Shown here: piece after piece, positions 10,755 through 20,878 of the stretch
Position numbering within the stretch: position 1 is the first letter of the stretch
Layout of the letters: the number at the start of each line of letters is the position of its first letter
NCBI GenBank assembly: GCA_036630325.1
Contig: CP142727.1
Location: forward strand, 248,001 to 312,000
From: Vairimorpha necatrix
Taxonomy: Eukaryota
Reading direction: 5' to 3'
Length of the DNA: 64,000 bases
The notes under the pieces: model-generated
Seen by the model: only the letters and a program-made list of their open reading frames with translations
Databases searched by the model: none
Told to the model about the DNA's origin: nothing
Made by a program: the position numbers and the translations under genes

Positions 10755-11546
10755 ATGGTTTACTGCGAAATTGTCATTGGTCCACCTGGCAGTGGAAAAT
10801 CAACTTATGTGCAGCAGAAAGCTCTAGACATAAAACATAGATCGCCTTTTTTAATAAATTTAGATCCAGGAAATATACACACTGGATTATATGACTACAA
10901 TATTTCAACTACCACCAAAGAATATCAAATTAAAAACCAAAAAGGGCCTAATGGCTCAACAAAAGACATCCTTCATGACTTTGTAATGGACATTGAAGAT
11001 TTTTATTATACTCATTTGGAAAGCAATGAAGATTATTTGATCTTCGATCTTCCAGGACAAGTCGAATTTTTTATAGCGGGCGGAAGTCTCTCAACATTAG
11101 TAAATTTTCTTACTAAAAAAGACATAAATGTAGTCATTGTCAATTTAATAGATCTTGTCTTTTTTAATACTGCACTTATCTCTTCATATTTATTTACTTA
11201 TATTTCAATTTACCGTATGGAAGTCCCTTTTCTATGTGTAATAAGTAAATGTGACAAATATTTGGATTATGACATGAATTATTCCTTGGAAGACATTAGT
11301 AATTTAACAGTACTTGATGTTTTAAATCCAGAGAAAAAATTTGAAAAAATTGCTACTGAATTTTTAAAAGATTATTTTGTTTACAATTTCCAAATATTAA
11401 ATTATAACGACAAAAACTCGAAATTAATTCTTCAACTAAATATTGACAAATGTAGTGGGTACTGCTTTACTGATGAATTTGACACTAACGAATCATATTT
11501 AAAAGATATTGATTCTGATAAGTTATTTGAACCTTATAACAAATAA
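10755..11546 (+). CDS. GPN2: GPN-loop GTPase, GPN2-like
   Basis: IVIGPPGSGKSTY, NLDPG, GPNG and FDLPGQVE motifs. The ATG at 10755 follows CCCC. Confidence 0.85.
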   Translation: MVYCEIVIGPPGSGKSTYVQQKALDIKHRSPFLINLDPGNIHTGLYDYNISTTTKEYQIKNQKGPNGSTKDILHDFVMDIEDFYYTHLESNEDYLIFDLPGQVEFFIAGGSLSTLVNFLTKKDINVVIVNLIDLVFFNTALISSYLFTYISIYRMEVPFLCVISKCDKYLDYDMNYSLEDISNLTVLDVLNPEKKFEKIATEFLKDYFVYNFQILNYNDKNSKLILQLNIDKCSGYCFTDEFDTNESYLKDIDSDKLFEPYNK

Positions 11547-11764
11547 ATAAAAAATTTACATATATTGACATTAACGAATTATTTTTTATTTTTATTAACT
11601 TCAAAATTTATGAGCTGTCTCCTTTTTAATTTATTATTTTACTGAAAAGAACGTGATAATAAGGATTATTTTTATAGATTTACTCATTTTTAATTTGCTC
11701 CTATTTCTCCTTTTTATATTGATTGGTCTTTTAATTAAATAAAACTTGATAGCTCCATCTGCTA

Positions 11765-12382
11765 ATGAATAAAATAGAAGCAACATGCAAAATATGCTAT
11801 TCATTAGACGACACAATATTAAAGAACAATGAACTAATTGCGCCTTGTAATTGCAAAGGATCATTGAAATACGTTCACCGCAACTGTCTTAAAATGTGGA
11901 GATTCAAATCAAAATATTACAATATAAAAAAATGTCTACAATGCGGAATGTATTACAATATCAAAGATGAAGTATATCCCAATAGTTTAATCATATTCTC
12001 GCTCACTATATTAATTTTATTTACTATTCATTTACTTATATCATTAGTGCTAAGATTTTCTATCAAAAAAACTTATTTAAAAATGGATAGTGACTGGTCG
12101 GATATATTTTATTTAGATTCTAATCACGTATCGTTTTACAATATTCCTTTACATATTACGACACTATTTATTTATATTTTAATGTTTAAATTAGTTTTTT
12201 ATTGTAATTTTCTGTCGATTTTTAATTTCGTCTTTACGTATTGGAGAATTACACAATTAGATTTTTTTATTGACAAATTTTTATACATAGGGTTATGTGT
12301 TTACTACTTTAAGCATATATACAATACATTATATAATAGGTTAGAACATCTTTATATATCAACTAAAGAGAAGCAGAATTGA
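11765..12382 (+). CDS. RING-CH (MARCH/Doa10-type) membrane E3 ubiquitin ligase
   Basis: CKIC...PCNCKGSLKYVHRNCLKMW...CLQC followed by hydrophobic helices. Confidence 0.85.
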   Translation: MNKIEATCKICYSLDDTILKNNELIAPCNCKGSLKYVHRNCLKMWRFKSKYYNIKKCLQCGMYYNIKDEVYPNSLIIFSLTILILFTIHLLISLVLRFSIKKTYLKMDSDWSDIFYLDSNHVSFYNIPLHITTLFIYILMFKLVFYCNFLSIFNFVFTYWRITQLDFFIDKFLYIGLCVYYFKHIYNTLYNRLEHLYISTKEKQN

Positions 12383-12519
12383 GAAATAATATAGAATTAA
12401 ATAAATCAATTTTTAAAAAATTTTTAAGCTCTATTATACTTTTTAATTAAAATTTTAATTGTGACTTGAAAATAATTTTGTATTAATATAGTTCATAAAT
12501 AAAACATATGAGTTAAAGT

Positions 12520-12830
12520 TATAAAATCATGTGGCTTCTCTCTACAAATACAGGACGAAAATTATTCCTTATGTGATGACGTGGGATGGAATAGTAACTA
12601 ATTTCCACCGTACGCATATAAAAGTGCTCAGATTAGAACCCAGAACGGAAGCATATATACAATCAAGAGTCCTTAAAATGACTTTAGAAAGCCTAACTAT
12701 GTCAGCCAGACATGGGCTTGATACAGATCAGGAAGGGGTCTTCGAGAGCCCAATGAGTAAATCTCAGAAAGAAGTCCTTGAACTGCCAGATGAGACTGTA
12801 AGCGTATCTTGTGAAAAGTAATTAATAAGC
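12520..12830 (+). mobile_element. 3' fragment of RLE-type non-LTR retrotransposon
   Basis: KIIPYVMTWDGIVT...EAYIQSRVLKMTLES, the C-terminal motif of this LINE family; several copies in the window. Confidence 0.75.
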
Positions 12831-12941
12831 CGAATATTATATCCAAATAAATTATATATGAGTTAAAGCTATATATTAGTAATACTTCAATATAATCATA
12901 TTGTAAAATCACATCTAAAAAAATTTTTATTGTCGTTTTTA

Positions 12942-13490
12942 CTATTTTAATTTTTTAACTATCATGTTTTGTCTATTTTTTATTGAAATTATAGTAAATA
13001 TTATAAAATACATAAGGTTATTAAATAATTCTTCACTCCGCACAACTAAATATATATAAAAATAAATCACAAACTCCATCATATAATGTGAATATACATA
13101 TTTTCGCTTTTTAAATACATAGTAATGAGACAAAAAATGTAAAAAATTTAAAATTAAAAATATTTTCATATTAATATTCCTGACTTTTTTTAAGTGTAAA
13201 CTCATCATTATATAGTAAATTATGCCATGTATCAGTTGACACACTGCCATTTTACTTTTTTTATATCTGAAAATCAAGCATTCAAAAGTTCTTCTAATAA
13301 TGTGTATTATGTAAAAATTATAATTCATTAGAAAAATGTTGAATATGAGAGAAGACAAGTAAAATGTAATAAAGAAGTTTTTTGATATTCCATTTTGTAT
13401 ACGACCATGTTTTGTTAAGGATGTGAATGAAAATGAAAAAGTTAGAATTGGTAAAATAAAAAAATATAATCTGATTATTTTAGAAATCAT
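12942..13490 (-). CDS. steroid 5-alpha-reductase family (polyprenol reductase DFG10/SRD5A3-like)
   Basis: Membrane protein with KHGR, HIIRRTFEC and SHYMMEFVIY; CCC precedes the ATG. Confidence 0.7.
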   Translation of the reverse strand: MISKIIRLYFFILPILTFSFSFTSLTKHGRIQNGISKNFFITFYLSSLIFNIFLMNYNFYIIHIIRRTFECLIFRYKKSKMAVCQLIHGIIYYIMMSLHLKKVRNINMKIFLILNFLHFLSHYYVFKKRKYVYSHYMMEFVIYFYIYLVVRSEELFNNLMYFIIFTIISIKNRQNMIVKKLK

Positions 13491-14105
13491 TCTTAGGGTA
13501 AAAGACCATAAATTTGTAGTTGCAAATAATCTAGAAGACTTACCATGTATTTATACTAGTTATAAATTTAAAATATATTTGTATATATACGAATTAATGA
13601 TATTTTTACGAGACATATAAAGAATTGCAAATTCCAATATAGTGTTAGTGATCTTTTTAAAGTCTAAAAAATCAAATCTCTTTTAAGGCATATAATAACC
13701 AAATGTGCTTTGCTTTCCTTGCGTCATCAAATAGTAATATCTAGACTATTTGGAGAATGTTATGCTCAGTTTAAATTTTTGATCTTGACATGTAGCTTCT
13801 AATAGGTTAATGTTTCATAAGCTGCTCAAAAAATATTTTAAAATAAAAAAATTTGATTAAGAGGCACTTCTTGATTCATGACATTAATTTCTACGAAGCA
13901 TTTATAGATTTACCAATTCTGCCACTTTTAAGACAACTTTTCAACTTTGTCTTAAACCAGATAATCAAAAAGGATAAGAGAAGCTTATTGATGGATTTAT
14001 AATTCAAGCAAATAAAGAACTTAAGGAATATACAGAAAAAACGATAATTTTTTTTAACACAGATGAAGAATTTCTTATTTTTTTAATTTTTTTTCTCCCT
14101 CGTAT

Positions 14106-15077
14106 ATGTTTTTAGACTGGGAATTGTTAACTGTCAAATTACAAAATGTTGAAGAAATTTGTCTCTTAGTATCAAAAGAATATTCTTCTATGGTTCAAGA
14201 TGTCTATGATAAGATAATTTCATTAAGCCCAAATATAAATATTTTTATTATTAGTTCAGATGAAATCATCTGCCCATTAAAACATAAAAAGATGGATATG
14301 GTAGTTCTGATGGGAATAGAATGCCCTGAACATAAATTTCATAATAGAATTTGTATTACTGAAGAATTAATTGATGAACAAAAAAATAAATTAAAAAATG
14401 AAAAAAATATAATTTTTGATAGTTCTTTTTTAAAATATCAACAAGAAGACTTCAAAATAGATGAAGAAGTTTTAATAGTCACAAAAAATGAATCGTTTTT
14501 ACGATATTATTCGAGAATAGCAGATGTAAAATCATTTTTCAATTTAGAAATGGAAAATAAAATGGAATTCTTGACTCGTAGAATAAATTTATCAGAAATA
14601 GCTAAAAATAACAAAACTTTCGCGATTATTTTTGTCCACGAAATTTACAAAGATTTAGCTGTAAAAATTAAAGAAGTTTTAGAAAAAACTGGTAGATGCG
14701 CATATTTATTATTTCTTAGAAATGTAAGATATTCAAGATTAATAACAATAGAGAAAATAGATACACTTGTTTTAATTGATTGCCCGTCTTTTGATAATTA
14801 TCAAATAGACGTAACTCTTCCTATTTTGAGTCCGATTGATGTGCAATATATTCTTACGAAGAAATGGGATTCGCAATATGAAATAAACAAATTTGAAGTA
14901 GAACACGAAAACACAAAAGACAAAGAAATTTGTAAATTTGAAGGAGCTGGGAAACTTATTTTAGAAAGTGAATTTTTTGGATTTCAATTTTCTCATAATG
15001 AGGAAGAAGAAGATTTAGAAATACATGAAGGAAGAAGAGGAATAGCAGGATCATATGAAAATGAAAATAAGCATTAA
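14106..15077 (+). CDS. DPH2: diphthamide biosynthesis protein DPH2-like
   Basis: IDTLVLIDCP...PILSP and C-terminal EGRRGIAGSYENE. Confidence 0.75.
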   Translation: MFLDWELLTVKLQNVEEICLLVSKEYSSMVQDVYDKIISLSPNINIFIISSDEIICPLKHKKMDMVVLMGIECPEHKFHNRICITEELIDEQKNKLKNEKNIIFDSSFLKYQQEDFKIDEEVLIVTKNESFLRYYSRIADVKSFFNLEMENKMEFLTRRINLSEIAKNNKTFAIIFVHEIYKDLAVKIKEVLEKTGRCAYLLFLRNVRYSRLITIEKIDTLVLIDCPSFDNYQIDVTLPILSPIDVQYILTKKWDSQYEINKFEVEHENTKDKEICKFEGAGKLILESEFFGFQFSHNEEEEDLEIHEGRRGIAGSYENENKH

Positions 15078-15277
15078 GAATAGAATTTTTTATATTTTAC
15101 TATTTATTCATATTAAATTATTTTTGAAGTTTACTTTAAAATTTGATTATATCTTTTTGAAATTTCCTCTTAAATTATTTTTAAGTTTACTTTATTTTTG
15201 TAAACACCTTTCTTTTTAAAAATAGACCATAGCTATAATCATTCATTTTTATAAATATTTTAGATTTATTTGAGTTA

Positions 15278-15385
15278 TTATTTTCTTAATATTTCAAAAT
15301 CAAATTGATATTGAATAATCTCATTATCTACAAAATCATCTACACTTTTACTGTCAAAATAATTTTCATCTTCTCTTTCATTCAT
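15278..15385 (-). CDS. small acidic 35-aa protein (not in ORF track)
   Basis: GCCCCAAATG start context; MNEREDENYFDSKSVDDFVDNEIIQYQFDFEILRK; double TAA; AATAAA a few nt downstream. Confidence 0.6.
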   Translation of the reverse strand: MNEREDENYFDSKSVDDFVDNEIIQYQFDFEILRK

Positions 15386-15411
15386 TTGGGGCTTATTTTT
15401 TCTACCCCTAA

Positions 15412-15984
15412 ATGTTTGGTTTTATTTTCTGCATTTTGAAAATATTTGCTTTTTCCAAAGATTACCAAACAGTACTTGAAGTAATTAAAAGACTTCATAG
15501 AGACACGGAGTACAAAACAATATACGATTTATTCGGTGTTTACAGTTTTACTTCGACCAGTGCTGTACAGAAAAAATTTGTAAAACTTATCACTGCTAAA
15601 GAAACCCCTCCTCGTATAAATTTGCCACTAAAAGATTTTAAAAATCTCGTGACTGCTTGCTACGATGTAATAAAAAATAAGAAATCTGCTTACGACGAAA
15701 TTTTAAATAATAGATATCTAATGTATGATGATAAAAAGAATTATACTAATTCTAGGTATATGATCGCCGCGTCGCTTTTGGCCTTGTTATTGAGTCTTGA
15801 TTTGGTATTTTACTGCTATAATTTCATCAAATATTTATCTTTAACAAAATCAGAAATTGAAGATGAGTCAAATAGTAAAAAGAAAAAGAAAGCAAGAAAA
15901 AATGCAGTAATTAAAAACATGACTAAACCCGATATGTATATCTACAAAGGGTATAAGAAAATCATGTCTTTATTAGGAAAATAA
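15412..15984 (+). CDS. ER membrane J-domain-like protein lacking HPD
   Basis: Signal peptide, TIYDLFGV...VQKKFVKL...CYDVIKNKKSAYD J-like pattern, one TM helix, basic tail. Confidence 0.6.
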   Translation: MFGFIFCILKIFAFSKDYQTVLEVIKRLHRDTEYKTIYDLFGVYSFTSTSAVQKKFVKLITAKETPPRINLPLKDFKNLVTACYDVIKNKKSAYDEILNNRYLMYDDKKNYTNSRYMIAASLLALLLSLDLVFYCYNFIKYLSLTKSEIEDESNSKKKKKARKNAVIKNMTKPDMYIYKGYKKIMSLLGK

Positions 15985-16067
15985 AAAAAAATATGAAAAA
16001 AACTATAATGTGTTTTATATTTATTTTACAAAAAACTATAATGTGTTTTATATCTATTTTAAAATTT

Positions 16068-17309
16068 TTATGTTTTTTTAATTTTTAAAAAACCCAATAA
16101 ATTGTTTCTTACTTTACAAATATTTTCTTTATCATCACTAACTTCAATATTTAAATTCACATAGACTGGACAATGATCACTACCATAAATTGATTCTATA
16201 ACATCTGAAAAAATAATCATATTAAAAAATTTTATAGGTACCAAAATATAATCAATACGACTTCCTAAATTCCTAGGTCGAAGATTTAGTTGTGTATTCC
16301 AACATGAGTATCTTTCATTTCTACTATCAAATACTCTAAATGCATCTATATGTGTCATTTCTAGAATAAATTTTAAGAGCCATTTTCTCTGGTATGTGCT
16401 ATAAAATAATAAAGATAAAGTAGATGCACTTTCTACAAGATAGGGGAGTTCAGTTTGACTAGAATAAGATTTCTCAATTATATTTATAGAATAATCTACA
16501 TCTTCATTCTCTATATCTTCCGATATAGAGAACGATAAATTTTTTAAATGACGAATTGACTGATAGAGAAATTTTAAATATGGCGAATTATATGAATTAA
16601 AGAATATATGAATATTTTTACCAAATAAAAAATTTAAATTGCTTTTATCTTCTATAAATATATTATCACTTATTGTATCGTCTCTTATCGCTACTTTAAA
16701 AAAATTTTCTCTGAATTTTGTATTATTAAAAATTTCTGAAAATTTTTCTATAATTTTAATATCGTGAATTTGAGTATCTATTTTTCTATCATACACTTTC
16801 TTATATTCATTATAAAAAATATAATGATCATATAAACTATAAGTAGCATTTAAATCGCCTAAAACTATCAAATCATCAAATTTTTTTATAAATTCGTAAA
16901 TTTCCCTATAAAATTTTATGACAGATTCTTTTGTTTTAGTACCATTTTTATCGTAAAACGGACAATACAAATTTAATATTTTAAAATTTTTATGATCAGT
17001 CAGAATTGATCTTCCGTACTCTGAATATGGAACTTTTATATTGTGTTTTCTACAATATAATTTTTTTGAAATGATTGTACATACGCCATAGATACCATTT
17101 TTATGTGTATTATTGTTACTTAGAGTTATATAATCTTTAAGTGTATAGAAATCTTCCATATCTTTTTTACAACATTTAGTTTCTTGAAGACATAAAATAT
17201 CGACTTTTAGATAAGTCAATAAATAATCATTAAATGATAAATCGAAATTTTCTTTGATAAATTTTGTAAATGATTTTATACCATTTACGTTAAACGACAT
17301 TATTTTCAT
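16068..17309 (-). CDS. APN2: exonuclease III-family AP endonuclease (APN2-like)
   Basis: SFNVNG, LQETK, GDLN, RIDYIL and SDHCPV motifs. Confidence 0.88.
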   Translation of the reverse strand: MKIMSFNVNGIKSFTKFIKENFDLSFNDYLLTYLKVDILCLQETKCCKKDMEDFYTLKDYITLSNNNTHKNGIYGVCTIISKKLYCRKHNIKVPYSEYGRSILTDHKNFKILNLYCPFYDKNGTKTKESVIKFYREIYEFIKKFDDLIVLGDLNATYSLYDHYIFYNEYKKVYDRKIDTQIHDIKIIEKFSEIFNNTKFRENFFKVAIRDDTISDNIFIEDKSNLNFLFGKNIHIFFNSYNSPYLKFLYQSIRHLKNLSFSISEDIENEDVDYSINIIEKSYSSQTELPYLVESASTLSLLFYSTYQRKWLLKFILEMTHIDAFRVFDSRNERYSCWNTQLNLRPRNLGSRIDYILVPIKFFNMIIFSDVIESIYGSDHCPVYVNLNIEVSDDKENICKVRNNLLGFLKIKKT

Positions 17310-17514
17310 ATTAGAGGGTCAAAATAACAATAAATTTACGGTTAATAAATGAAATTTTGTAAATACATTAAATCAACTTTCTTTATAAAATAAAACAATA
17401 TTAATACAAATAAAAATTTATATTAAAAATAAGATTCTATATTAAAAATAAAAATCTTAATTTAATTAAATTTTAAAATAGTTCAAATTTTGTGTTACAA
17501 ACAGTTTATTTTAC

Positions 17515-18912
17515 TTATAATGAAAATCCTAATAATTTATCTGCCTCTTTGAATATTTCAAGTGTTTTTTTAATATCTTTTTTTCTATGTGAACTTGACA
17601 TACACAATCTTACACGACCATACAGAATTGGTGCACCAGGATATCCCACGATAACCACACCAATACCTTCCTCGCGACAAATTCTCGATAATTCACACAT
17701 TTTCGCAGGATGTGTAATAATAACTGGTATAACTGGAGATGACTCGTCGCCCAATACAAACATATTAAGCTTTTTAAGTCCATTTCTCATAAGTTGGACA
17801 TTCCGTCTTAATTTTTCAAGTTTTCTGAGTCCTAATTTTTTATATTTAATAATTTTCAAACATTCTAAGATTTGTCGTGCGACGACTGGGCTCATTTGTT
17901 CGCCAAATCGTGAGAAATCGCTGAAAATTCTTAAATGATCGACTATTGATTTTGATGCTGCGATATACCCGCCCATGGAGGCGAAACTTTTGGTAAATGT
18001 TCCCATTAGAATATCGATATCATTAAAATCTACATTATGATATTCGCACACGCCTCTGCCTGTTTGGCCTAGTGCCCCAATAGAATGCGCCTCGTCTATA
18101 AAAATATAAAATTTATATTTTTTCTTTAGATTTATCAATTCGTTAAGTTTTAGTATTGTCCCTTCCATGGAATAAATTCCTTCTACTATTACGATTATCT
18201 TTTCCCATGACCTATGAGTTGTTGGTTGACCTTGTGATATATCAAATATTAATCTTTTTTCTAAATCTTCCATATCATTATGTTTAAAAGTTTTTATTAC
18301 AGCTTTGCCCATTTTTAGACCAGTGATAATCGACGCGTGGTTTAAAATGTCGCTATAAACAAGTGTACCTTCACTTAAGAGACATGGTATGTTGGAAGTA
18401 TTAGTCCCATACCCCATAGGGAATACTACACAATCTTCTTTGTGTAAAAATGAAGCCATTTCTTTTTCTAATTTGATTATTAGTTTGTGTCTTCCTATGT
18501 CTCTGTAGCATGCGGCTATATTTATTGGGTATTTGTCGATTGTCTTATGTAATTTTTTTATAAGTTTATCGGGAGTATCTCCAAATCCAAGATAATTGTA
18601 AGATCCGAAGTTTATGAGTTGTTTAACTTCTTTAGTTATCTTTAGACTGTATGGTGTGTCTTGTATTCGATTTAGGACATGTATAATTCGACCCGGCCTG
18701 CCTTTAACAGGGAAATTTAGGCAATCAGAAATCCTTCGGGCGCAAGTTCGGCCATAAAAAGATTGTAAGTCACTGAGAATTGACGGGGACTTGTTTTTAT
18801 TAATTTTTAATATTTTTCTTGCAATGTCTTTAATATAGCCAATACAAAATATAATTAAAAATGACAGATATGTAGTTAGCAGAGAAAATTTAGTGGAAGA
18901 TGCTGTGTACAT
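17515..18912 (-). CDS. LCB2: serine palmitoyltransferase subunit LCB2
   Basis: GSYNYLGF, NHASI, EGIYSMEG, DEAHSIGALG and GTFTKSF (PLP lysine) motifs. Confidence 0.93.
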   Translation of the reverse strand: MYTASSTKFSLLTTYLSFLIIFCIGYIKDIARKILKINKNKSPSILSDLQSFYGRTCARRISDCLNFPVKGRPGRIIHVLNRIQDTPYSLKITKEVKQLINFGSYNYLGFGDTPDKLIKKLHKTIDKYPINIAACYRDIGRHKLIIKLEKEMASFLHKEDCVVFPMGYGTNTSNIPCLLSEGTLVYSDILNHASIITGLKMGKAVIKTFKHNDMEDLEKRLIFDISQGQPTTHRSWEKIIVIVEGIYSMEGTILKLNELINLKKKYKFYIFIDEAHSIGALGQTGRGVCEYHNVDFNDIDILMGTFTKSFASMGGYIAASKSIVDHLRIFSDFSRFGEQMSPVVARQILECLKIIKYKKLGLRKLEKLRRNVQLMRNGLKKLNMFVLGDESSPVIPVIITHPAKMCELSRICREEGIGVVIVGYPGAPILYGRVRLCMSSSHRKKDIKKTLEIFKEADKLLGFSL

Positions 18913-20329
18913 TTAGGGTTAAAAAAATAGACCTTTTAATTATTTTAACCCTTTATTTGTTTATTAATTAGAAATTTTTGAAATATTATACTTTTTAAAT
19001 ATTAAGCAAAAATAGCTCATTTTTATACCTTTTAAAATATACAGAGAAAAAATGTATTATGACCAAAAAAATTTGCATACGTCATAAAATGTATAAATAA
19101 TTGTGAAAAGGAAATATATCAGTCTATGGATATTTTCTTATTGTAAAAAATTTTAGATTGTTATTTCGACTTGAAAAAAGGTTTATTCTTAATATCCTTT
19201 TCCCGTTTAATTTATTGCTCTATTGTTTATTTCTCTAAGAAAATTCCTCTTTACGGGATTTATTCTGTCCATTTTGCTCCTCTTAGGAGGCTTTCATAAG
19301 ACTGATGTATTTTGTCACTAAGGTGTACATCATTAGAACCGTAGTAATATGCTTCCGACCCAAAAGCTTGCCCGAACTTGAAGTAATAATGAACAATTAG
19401 ATTGATTACGTAAAATTTATATTTGAAACAATTTATTAAAATTTCTTCGGCGCCTTGCTTTACCTATATTAAATACATCTTTAGGTGTAATGTTTAGTGC
19501 GATCTTCTAGGCAGACACCTCATTTATCGTGTCCTTGATGTAGATAAGTTTTTTGCCCTTTGCAGACCACTTTTAACACTTCTTGCACTTTTTAAGCTTG
19601 TTATAAGACATTGCGTCAAATATTGCACGAGTTTTAAAAACAACTAGAAGTATTCTTTCTACAATTCGCATCGTCTGTCTTTGAATATCGAAATAATGCG
19701 ACAAGGCTAGACGAAAAGTTTTCTACATTTATTACTAATACTTCTTGATAGTTATAATACCTTAAATTAATTCTAATAAATATTTCTAAATATTGCAAAA
19801 TATTTATCTTTACTTGAACTAATATATTGAATTGTACCTTAGTAAAAATATTCTAGAATACAAAATCTTTTCAAATTGATAAATAAATTTACTTTCTTTG
19901 TTCTACATTTTTTACATTATAATATACCGTTTGGTGCATCAAATTTTAGTAAAAATCTATTTTTAAATTCCTTCTTTTTGATACGCTGATGGGCTAAAAT
20001 CTGCATTATCTAAAAAAATCACAAGAGACAAAATTTTTAACAAAAAGGAAAGGAAGAGAAAACTTTATAACCCTCGAACTTGATATGTATATAAAAATGT
20101 TACTATAAAAAGATCATTTGAGTTAATTTATCATTGGTCATAAATGTTTAAAGCAGCTTTCCCCGATATCGCTTATGTAATTCAGCTCTCCACAGACTTT
20201 ATTTTCTGTAAAATAATTATGTTTTTCAACTCCAAATTTTCAGCTTCATTCCCCTTTGACGACACCACTTCTATAACAATCGCCATATTCGCCAGTGCGC
20301 TTACAGCTCTGGCCACTTCTTTCTCTCCT

Positions 20330-20675
20330 GCATCTTCCTTATCGTATCCTCGTCGTCGTTCCGTAGTGATGGACTCTAGAGTCTAGAAAACAATAGATTG
20401 GATGTATGTTTCAAAGTAAGGTTAATTTACAGCTTCCTGATGTACTTTCGGTGGTTTTGGTCACCACTCAATCCCTCTCGTTACATAAGGACCTATTCTT
20501 GTCTGGGATTTATGAATACAAACCATTTCATTTGCAAAGGGCTATAATTTCGTAGTTTTCAGTTCGACTATAGTAGGTCGATCTTGATTGGTTATACCAA
20601 CTTCAACTACTAAAATTTAATTCTTCATCTTATCAAACACAAGAATGTCAGGCTTCTTATGAGTAAACTTTATAT
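20330..20675 (-). mobile_element. decayed RLE non-LTR retrotransposon 3' fragment
   Basis: Minus-strand translation gives KKPDILVFDK..ILVVEVGITNQD (PD-(D/E)xK-like) and ETYIQSIV..TLESITTERRRG, with stops. Confidence 0.7.
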
Positions 20676-20878
20676 AAAATGTCACCGTTCGGAGCGGACG
20701 CCAGGGAAAATGCTTATTTGAGAAGGGTAAAAAATTAAAAAAAAAATTACCCGTTCGGAGCGGACGCCAGGGAAAATGCTTACTTGAGAAGGGTAAAAAA
20801 TTTAAAAAAAAATTGGTGTTTATTTGTAATTTGTATTTAAAATTTCTTTAATTTTAAGGGCATGAAAATAAAATTGAA

